NCBI GenBank assembly: GCA_040275425.1
Contig: JBEOKB010000041.1
Coordinates: 1 to 59,062 of the forward strand
Length of the DNA: 59,062 nucleotides
Source of the DNA: Siculibacillus sp.
GTDB taxonomy: Bacteria; Pseudomonadota; Alphaproteobacteria; Rhizobiales; Ancalomicrobiaceae
Direction of reading: 5' to 3'
Below the pieces are notes generated by a model. The model worked only from the letters and a program-made list of their open reading frames with translations, did not search any database and was not told the origin of the DNA. Within the stretch, counting starts at the first letter, position 1, and each line of letters starts with the position of its first letter. Positions 52,683-59,062 of the stretch are shown piece by piece. A program made the position numbers and the translations under genes.

Positions 52683-52713
52683 AAATCGCCCCGCGCGGGC
52701 CGCGCGCGGGGCG
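52683..52713 (-). terminator. Probable terminator after the hypothetical gene
   Basis: CGCCCCGCGC / GCGCGGGGCG stem followed by ATTT on the minus strand. Confidence 0.5.
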
Positions 52714-52736
52714 TCGTCGTCGGTCGAGATCGGCGA

Positions 52737-53114
52737 TCACGGCGTGGTGACGGTGGCGACCTGGAACGTGTGCATGTCGCCGTCCTCGTCCTTGATCGAC
52801 ACGTATTCGCCGACCACGAACGGATGGGCACCGAAGCGATAGCCCGCCTCGTCGTCCTCGTCGCCGGCGATGTCGTAGCGGAACGCCCAGCTGCCGCCGG
52901 GGCGATGAACGAGATGGCCGATGTCCTCCATCTCCGCCCCCCAGAACCGGCGCACGCGGCACTTGTCGCGCAGCTTCTTCCAGGCGTCGGCGTCGATGCG
53001 GCCTTCGGCGTCGAGCGGAGCGGTGAATTCGTAGCCGTGCCGCGCCGAGCCGTTCGGGAACTCCTTGGTGCGAGCCAGGTTGAGGCGAATCTTCTTCAGT
53101 CCCGTGGCGGGCAT
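52737..53114 (-). CDS. Hypothetical protein (125 aa) downstream of a FixK box
   Basis: MPATGLKKIRLNLARTKEFPNGSARHGYEFTAPLD..RRFW..GHLVHRPGGSW.F.YD..GEYVSIKD. Host-like codon usage, GGAG RBS. Confidence 0.85.
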   Translation of the reverse strand: MPATGLKKIRLNLARTKEFPNGSARHGYEFTAPLDAEGRIDADAWKKLRDKCRVRRFWGAEMEDIGHLVHRPGGSWAFRYDIAGDEDDEAGYRFGAHPFVVGEYVSIKDEDGDMHTFQVATVTTP

Positions 53115-53169
53115 GATGGATCTCCCGTTCTGCCGCTTCAATCTATCGCGCTCGCGGGGCACCGTGACA

Positions 53170-53183
53170 TTGACCTCGGTCAA
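53170..53183. promoter_or_regulatory. FNR/FixK box between divergent genes
   Basis: TTGAC-CTCG-GTCAA with perfectly palindromic arms; -10-like hexamers on both sides (CACTAT/TATGAT 53206-53214 plus; TAGATT 53145-53140 minus). Confidence 0.85.
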
Positions 53184-53253
53184 CGTCGCGCTCCTGTCTC
53201 GAGCGCACTATGATCTCGACCGTCGCGCCCGGCCACCGGAGGAACGAGACGGC

Positions 53254-54957
53254 ATGCACGAAGACCTCGCCTCTGCCCCCGCCCCGAACGCCCGCGACGA
53301 GCCGATCGTCGGGTGGGACGACGTCGTGGCCTTTCTCGCCCGGCCCGAGACCCACGGCCTCACCGAGCCGGTGGTGCGCATCGACACCCACATCGCCGTG
53401 GTCTTCCTCGCGGGTCACCTCGCCTACAAGATCAAGCGCCCGGTCCGCTTCCCCTTCCTCGACTTCTCGAGCCCCGCCGCGCGAGAGACCGCCTGCCGCC
53501 GCGAGATCGCCGTCGATCGCCCGATCGCCCCGGAGATCTACCGCCGCGCCGTGCCGATCACCCGCGAGGCCGACGGCTCGCTCGCCATCGGCGGCGCCGG
53601 CACGCCGGTCGAATGGGCGGTCGAGATGAACCGTTTCGACGAGAACGCCACGCTCGATCGCCGTCTCGAGACCGGCCCGCTCGATCCGGCCTTCGTCGAC
53701 GACCTCGCCGCCACCATCGCCCGCGCCCAGGCCCGCGCCCGTGTGCGCGACGCCGGCGAGTGGGCGGCCGACCTCGCCTCCTACGTCGAGCAGAACGCCG
53801 ACGCCTTCGTCGATCGGCCCGATCTCTTCCCGCCCCACCGGGCCGAACGCTTCGCCCGCGCCTGTCGCGAGCGCCTCGCCGACCTCGCCGATCTGATCGA
53901 GGATCGCGGCCGCCTCGGTCGTATCCGTCTCGCCCACGGCGACATGCACTGCGCCAACGTCGCGGTCATCGACGGTCGCCCGCTGCTGTTCGACGCGATC
54001 GAGTTCGACGACCGCATCGCCACCGGCGACGTGCTCTACGACGTCGGCTTCCTGATCATGGACGTCTGCGCCCGCGGTGATCGCGAGGGCGCGCGCCGCC
54101 TGCTCGATCGCTTCCTGCTCGAGACCGTGCGCCTGGAGAGCCGCGGGCCCAGGTTGGTCGACGTGGAGGAACTGTTCCTGACCGAGATCGACGGCCTCGC
54201 CGCGCTGCCGCTCTACCTCGCGGTCCGCGCCGCCCTGCGCGCCAAGATCTCCGCCGCCACCGCCCGTCATCTCGACGCCGATCACCGCCCCTTCGCCGAG
54301 GCCAACGCCCGCCGCTTCTTCGCCGCAGCGCTCGACTACGTCGAGCCCGCCCGCCCGCGTCTGGTCGCCGTCGGCGGTCTGTCCGGCTCGGGCAAGTCGA
54401 CTCTCGCCCGCGCCCTCGCCGCCGACCTCGCTCCCGCCCCCGGCGCGATGGTGCTGCGCTCCGACGAGATCCGTAAATTGGTCGCCGGTGTCGGCGACAC
54501 CGTGCGCCTCGGCGCCGAGCACTACACCCGCGACGCCTCCGATCGGGTCTATCGCCTGCTCCTGGCTGCCGCCGCCGCCGCCCTCGCCGCCGGCCGCTCG
54601 GTGGTGACCGACGCCGTCTCGCTCCACCCGGAGGAACGCGACCGCTTCGCCGCCATCGCCCGCGCCTCGGAGGCCGACTTCACCGGCCTGTGGCTCGACG
54701 TCGCCCCCGAGGTCGCCGCCGCCCGCGTCGCCGCCCGCACCGGCGACGCCTCCGATGCCGACGCCCGCGTCGTCGCCTTCCAGGCCGGCCTCGACCCCGG
54801 CGCGATCGACTGGCCGCGCATCGACGCCTCCGGCCCCCCGGCCGAGACCCTCGCCGCCGCCCGAGCGCTGATGCCGAGCCCGCGAAACGACGAGGGCGCG
54901 GCGGAGAGAACCGCCGCGCCCCGTTCGGATGCCCGCCTCACCGCCACGGTTCACTGA
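53254..54957 (+). CDS. Bifunctional aminoglycoside-phosphotransferase-like / P-loop kinase (COG2187 + AAA_33 type, Rv2004c-like)
   Basis: DTHIAVVFL..AYKIKRPVRFPFLDFS, HGDMH..N, DAIEF, Walker A GLSGSGKST, RSDEIRK, DASDA. GGAGG RBS. Confidence 0.87.
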   Translation: MHEDLASAPAPNARDEPIVGWDDVVAFLARPETHGLTEPVVRIDTHIAVVFLAGHLAYKIKRPVRFPFLDFSSPAARETACRREIAVDRPIAPEIYRRAVPITREADGSLAIGGAGTPVEWAVEMNRFDENATLDRRLETGPLDPAFVDDLAATIARAQARARVRDAGEWAADLASYVEQNADAFVDRPDLFPPHRAERFARACRERLADLADLIEDRGRLGRIRLAHGDMHCANVAVIDGRPLLFDAIEFDDRIATGDVLYDVGFLIMDVCARGDREGARRLLDRFLLETVRLESRGPRLVDVEELFLTEIDGLAALPLYLAVRAALRAKISAATARHLDADHRPFAEANARRFFAAALDYVEPARPRLVAVGGLSGSGKSTLARALAADLAPAPGAMVLRSDEIRKLVAGVGDTVRLGAEHYTRDASDRVYRLLLAAAAAALAAGRSVVTDAVSLHPEERDRFAAIARASEADFTGLWLDVAPEVAAARVAARTGDASDADARVVAFQAGLDPGAIDWPRIDASGPPAETLAAARALMPSPRNDEGAAERTAAPRSDARLTATVH

Positions 54958-57677
54958 CCGGGCAGACCCGCCGGATCCTCGACCGTCTCCACCGGCAGCG
55001 TCACCACCGCGATCGACTCGTCGTCGGGCGAGGACTTCACCGAGAAGCCCAGCGCCTCGCACATCGAGATCATCGTGCGGTTCTCGCGCAGGATCTCGCC
55101 CTTGACCACCTTCAGACCGTCGGCCTTGGCCCATTCGATCATCAGCTTCATCAGTTTCCAGCCCAGCCCCTGCCCCTTGAGGTTGGAACGCAGCAGGATG
55201 GCGTATTCGCCGCTGATGTGGTCGGGGTCGGCGTGCAGACGCACCGCGCCGAGCAGCTTGCCGCTCGCCTTCTCGATCGCCGCGAAGGCGATCGCCCGCT
55301 CGTAGTCGAGCTGGGTCAGCTTGGCCAGGAACGCGTGGGTGAAGTCCTTGATCGGCGCGAAGAAGCGCAGACGCAGATCCTCCGGCGTCACCTCGGTGAA
55401 GAAGTCCGGATAGAGCGCCTCGTCCTCCGGACGGATCGGCCGCATCAGCACCTCGCGTCCGTCCTTGAGCATGGTCTCGCGCTCCCAGTCCTTCGGATAG
55501 GGGCGGATCGCCAGCCGCGGATGGCCGAGCTTGCCGGTGCGCGCGGTGATCGGCTCGATCCGCACCCGCGCGTCGAGCACGATCACGCCCTGGTGGTCGG
55601 CGACGATCGGATTGAGATCGAGTTCGCGGATCTCCGGCACGTCGCAGGCGAGCTGACTGAGCTTGCACAGCGTCAGCGCCACCGCGTCCTCGTCGACCGG
55701 CGGTCGATTGCGGTAGCCCGCCATCAACTTGGACACCCGGGTCTCGGCGATCAGCGAATGGGCGAGGTTCATGTCCAGCGGCACCAGATCGAGCGCGCTG
55801 TCGCGCACCACCTCGACCGACGTGCCGCCCTGACCGAACACCACCACCGGCCCGAACACGAAGTCGTCGGCGATGCCGGCGAGCAGTTCGATGCCGAAGC
55901 GCTTCTCCACCATCGGCATGACGATGACGCCGTCGATGACCTTGTCGGGGAAGCGCGCCCGGATGCGGTCGAGCATCTCGCAGGTGGCGTTGGCCACCTC
56001 CTCCTCGCTCTCCAGCCCGAGCTTGACCCCGTCCACGTCCGACTTGAAGGCGATCTCGCGCGAGGCGATCTTCAGAACCACCCGCTGATTGTCGCGCAGG
56101 AAGGGACGCGCCGCCGCCGCCGCCGCCGCTCCGTCCACCGCCAGAATGGTCGGCAGCACCGGAATGTCGTAGGCCTCGAGCAGGTCGCGCACCGCCACCG
56201 GATCGAGCCACTCGCGGCCCTCCTCCAACGCCCGCCGCACGATCGCGCGGGCCGCCTCCGGCCGCGGCTGGAACTCCGCCGGCAGCGGCTCCGGGATCGC
56301 CATCAGTCGTTCCTGCGCCGCGATGTAGCGCACCAGATGGCCGAACGAGCGCACCGCCTCCTCCGGCGTCGGATGGCACGGCACGCCCGCGGTGTGCAGG
56401 ATCGTGTCCGTCTCGTCGTCGAGATCGAGGAACGAGGCCATGATCGGCCGCTTGCGCCCCATCTTCTTGGCCTGGACCTGGGCGATCGCCGCGATCGTGC
56501 GTGCCACCTCCTTGGCCTCGACGAAGGCCGACGGCGCGTGCAGCACCATCACCGCCTCGACGGCGGGGTCGGTCAGCACCGCCTCGATCGCCTTGCCGAA
56601 GGTCGCCGCGTCGGCGTCGTCGGCCAGCGTCAGCGGATTGGCGGCATCGCGCCCCGAGCGCACCAGCGGCGCCAGCGCCTCGACGGTCTCGGCCGAGAAG
56701 GTCGCCGGCCGCCCGCCCGCCGCCTCGAGATGGTCGATGGCGATGGTGGCGAGGCTGCGCCCGTTGGCGATCACCGCCACCCGCCGACACGGCGTCGGCT
56801 TGACGCGGATGATCGTCTCGGCCGCGTCGAACAGCTCGTCGATACTGTCGACGCGCACCAGACCGGCGCGCCGGAAGGCGGCGTCGTAGACCCAGTCCGT
56901 GGTGGCCAGGCGACTCGAATGGGTGTTGCCGGCCATGCGGTCGTCGCGGCTGATGCCCGAGCGGATGACGACCACCGGCTTGGTGCGCGCGCACGCCCGC
57001 GCCGCCGACAGGAATTTCGACGGCGCCCAGATGCTCTCGAGATGGACCAGCACGGCGCGGGTGCGATAGTCGGCGCAGAAGTGGTCGAGCAGGTCGCCGA
57101 TGTCGACGTCGACCTTCTGTCCGAGCGACACCACCGACGAGAACCCGACGCCGTTCTTCTCCGCCCAGGCGAGCGTCGAGTTGATCACCGCCGACGACCG
57201 CGACACCAGCGCCAGATCGCCCTTCTTGACCCCTCGTCCCGCCAGCGACAGGTCGAGTCCGACGTGGGGCGAGATCACCCCGAGCGAGCCCGGCCCGATC
57301 AGACGGATGCCGTACCTGCGCGCCGTCGCCAGCACCTGCCGGGTGGTGAAGAACGGCCACTCGTCGAAGCCGCGCGAGATCAGCAGCGCGGCCTTGATGC
57401 CGCGTTCGCCCAGCGCCTCCAGCACCGCCCCGGCCGAATTCGCCCCCGACAGCACGACCGCCAGATCGACCGTGCCCTCGAACGCCTCGAGCGAGGCGAC
57501 CACGCCCCCGCTCCAACCCTCCGGCGGAGTGATGCCGGCGAGCGTCGCCCGGCCCTTGTAGCCGCTGCGCTGGAAGTGAGTGAAGAACTGTTCGAGTGCC
57601 GCCGCGCCGATCTGTTCGGGACCGATGATCAGAATCGAGCGCGGTTGAAAGAGAGCATCGAGATTGCGAATGGCCAT
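54951..57677 (-). CDS. pat: Protein lysine acetyltransferase Pat type (acyl-CoA synthetase-like + ATP-grasp + C-terminal GNAT)
   Basis: LFQPRSI, RLIGP, FKSDVDGVKL, FGPVVVFGQGG, ELDLNP, LAIRPYP, RPIRPED, LRFF, TQLDYER, KGQGLG. ATG 57677 with GGAG RBS. Confidence 0.88.
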   Translation of the reverse strand: MAIRNLDALFQPRSILIIGPEQIGAAALEQFFTHFQRSGYKGRATLAGITPPEGWSGGVVASLEAFEGTVDLAVVLSGANSAGAVLEALGERGIKAALLISRGFDEWPFFTTRQVLATARRYGIRLIGPGSLGVISPHVGLDLSLAGRGVKKGDLALVSRSSAVINSTLAWAEKNGVGFSSVVSLGQKVDVDIGDLLDHFCADYRTRAVLVHLESIWAPSKFLSAARACARTKPVVVIRSGISRDDRMAGNTHSSRLATTDWVYDAAFRRAGLVRVDSIDELFDAAETIIRVKPTPCRRVAVIANGRSLATIAIDHLEAAGGRPATFSAETVEALAPLVRSGRDAANPLTLADDADAATFGKAIEAVLTDPAVEAVMVLHAPSAFVEAKEVARTIAAIAQVQAKKMGRKRPIMASFLDLDDETDTILHTAGVPCHPTPEEAVRSFGHLVRYIAAQERLMAIPEPLPAEFQPRPEAARAIVRRALEEGREWLDPVAVRDLLEAYDIPVLPTILAVDGAAAAAAARPFLRDNQRVVLKIASREIAFKSDVDGVKLGLESEEEVANATCEMLDRIRARFPDKVIDGVIVMPMVEKRFGIELLAGIADDFVFGPVVVFGQGGTSVEVVRDSALDLVPLDMNLAHSLIAETRVSKLMAGYRNRPPVDEDAVALTLCKLSQLACDVPEIRELDLNPIVADHQGVIVLDARVRIEPITARTGKLGHPRLAIRPYPKDWERETMLKDGREVLMRPIRPEDEALYPDFFTEVTPEDLRLRFFAPIKDFTHAFLAKLTQLDYERAIAFAAIEKASGKLLGAVRLHADPDHISGEYAILLRSNLKGQGLGWKLMKLMIEWAKADGLKVVKGEILRENRTMISMCEALGFSVKSSPDDESIAVVTLPVETVEDPAGLPGQ

Positions 57678-57894
57678 GTGGCTCCCCGCGTGTGCGGTGG
57701 GGCGCGTTCGACCGTCCGTCCGAAGACCGGCCACGCGCCCTCGAGGGTGAGGACCGGCCTCTCCCGAACGTCTCCCCCGTCTCCCGTCGTCGCCGGGCGG
57801 ATCGTTCCGCCTTCTGTCGCGACGAATCCCGCGCCGCGACGCCCTCCCGAGGCGTCGAACGCGGGCTACGGCGGGCGTCGGCCCGCGCGAAACT

Positions 57895-58767
57895 CTAGTG
57901 CGCCATCAGGACCGGCAGGGTCATGGACGCGAGGATGCCGCGAGTCGCTCCACCGAGCAGGAACTCGCGCACCCGACTGTGACCATACCCGCCCATGACG
58001 AGAAGGTCGAACGACTTGTCGGCCGCCAGGTCGAGAAGTGCGTCGGCGATCGAGATGTCCGGCGCCTCGACCTGCTCGACGTCGACGTCGAGCCCGTGCC
58101 GCGCCAGCCACGTCGCCAGATCCGCGCCCGGCTGTCCGGGATCGGACCCCGCCCGATCGACCATCACCACCGTGATCTTCTCGGCCATCGCCAGGATCGG
58201 CATCGCCGCCTGCACCGCCCGCGCCGCCGTCCGGCCGCCGTCCCAGGCGATCATCACCCGGTCGAAACTCGGTTTGCCCTTGGAGATGTAGGGCACGAGC
58301 AGCGTCGGCGCGACGCCCTCGAACAGCGCCGTCTCGATCAGCGTCTCGCGCATCGGCTCGGGTCGATCGGGGTCGTCCTGGCCGATCACCACCAGATCGG
58401 TGATGCGGCACGCGACCGCGAAGCCCTCGGGCGCGCCGCCCATCAGGATCTCCGATGTCCGCGTCTCGTGCGCCACCTCGAGCCGGGTCGCCTCCGCGTC
58501 GAAGGCCGCGACCGCCGCGTCGGCGACCGCGAGCGCCTGCGCGCGCGCCTGCTCGATCACCTCGACCGGCAGCGGCGCCACCACGAATCCCGGTACGATC
58601 GGATCGACCGCCAGCGCCACGCCGGTGACGTGGGCGCCGAGGCGGGCCGCCAGATCGAGCGCCGCCGTGGGCGCGGGGCCGAGGGACGCGGAACCGGAGG
58701 CCGCCGTTCCCGGCGAACTCGACGGCCGCCCGTTGTCGAGCAGCACCAGCATGTCCTTGATCGCCAT
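57895..58767 (-). CDS. Universal stress protein (tandem domains)
   Basis: IKDMLVLLD, DLVVIGQ, IAWDG..AARA, DLLVMGGYGHSRVREFLLGGATRGIL..PVLMAH. GAGGAGG RBS. Confidence 0.93.
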   Translation of the reverse strand: MAIKDMLVLLDNGRPSSSPGTAASGSASLGPAPTAALDLAARLGAHVTGVALAVDPIVPGFVVAPLPVEVIEQARAQALAVADAAVAAFDAEATRLEVAHETRTSEILMGGAPEGFAVACRITDLVVIGQDDPDRPEPMRETLIETALFEGVAPTLLVPYISKGKPSFDRVMIAWDGGRTAARAVQAAMPILAMAEKITVVMVDRAGSDPGQPGADLATWLARHGLDVDVEQVEAPDISIADALLDLAADKSFDLLVMGGYGHSRVREFLLGGATRGILASMTLPVLMAH

Positions 58768-58868
58768 GACGGGCCTCCTCCTGTCGAGGCTGTCCGCGCC
58801 TGACGTCCCGGTGCGGGACCCGCGCGGGCGAACCGCCACACCTTCGCACGAAACGACGCACCGTGACT

Positions 58869-58882
58869 TTGATCGAACGCAA
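58869..58882 (-). promoter_or_regulatory. FixK-type box upstream of usp
   Basis: TTGATCGAACGCAA fits TTG(A/C)-N6-(T/G)CAA, ~100 bp upstream of the usp start. Confidence 0.75.
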
Positions 58883-58938
58883 CCGTCAGAACGTTCCCGA
58901 ATACCACCCCCGACGAACCGTCCGCCCCGCCGCCCGTC

Positions 58939-59061
58939 TCAGAACAGGCTGCCCTGGGTCGGCGGCGGCTCGCCGCCCTTGCGCTTCGGTCGCGGGCTCC
59001 GCCGCCCCGTCGCCTCGCTCGCCGTCGGCGCCTGCTCCGGCGTCGCGTCGAGATCGGAAGA
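58939..59061 (-). CDS. 3' end of a CDS entering from outside the window
   Basis: Reads ...ATGRRSPRPKRKGGEPPPTQGSLF-stop; disordered tail with a terminal QGSLF motif. Confidence 0.6.
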   Translation of the reverse strand, partial: SSDLDATPEQAPTASEATGRRSPRPKRKGGEPPPTQGSLF

Positions 59062-59062
59062 G

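Noticed and set aside
52572-52736. Possible TPP riboswitch before the TPP enzyme
   Set aside because: Core CUGAGA and ACCUG elements are not present.
53143-57998. 1457-aa and 1102-aa ORFs over the kinase and pat
   Set aside because: Shadow frames with low-complexity R/G/A/P translation.

Overview
A very GC-rich alphaproteobacterial chromosomal segment; Hyphomicrobiales/Rhizobiales is inferred from gene content. In order it holds: (1) the 5' part of a PodJ-like polarity gene with a CtrA-type box, a MerR regulator, ialB, a thioesterase, yjbQ, pip, a CrbS/CrbR (PrlS/PrlR)-type two-component pair, mscL and a PLP aminotransferase; (2) a microoxic-respiration region with fixL-fixJ-(fixT-like)-fixK, ybaK, hemN, fixNOQP (cbb3 oxidase), fixGHIS and hemA; (3) a CheY/Cle-like regulator and a short murJ; (4) a purine catabolism cluster next to a LysR gene (uraH, xdhABC, BMP-type ABC importer, puuD, uraD, allantoate amidohydrolase, guaD, an orphan M20 hydrolase); (5) a decayed IS110 whose ~190-nt non-coding left end is a candidate bridge RNA; (6) a TPP enzyme and a four-gene block (hypothetical protein, COG2187-type phosphotransferase/P-loop kinase, Pat-type lysine acetyltransferase, tandem USP). 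Five FNR/FixK boxes are visible by eye. Best leads: the FixK-boxed USP/Pat/kinase module, a FixK with a C-terminal CxxCH motif, and the IS110 bridge-RNA candidate. No rRNA, tRNA or CRISPR array was seen. All calls come from motif recognition without database searches; start codons are my best choices.
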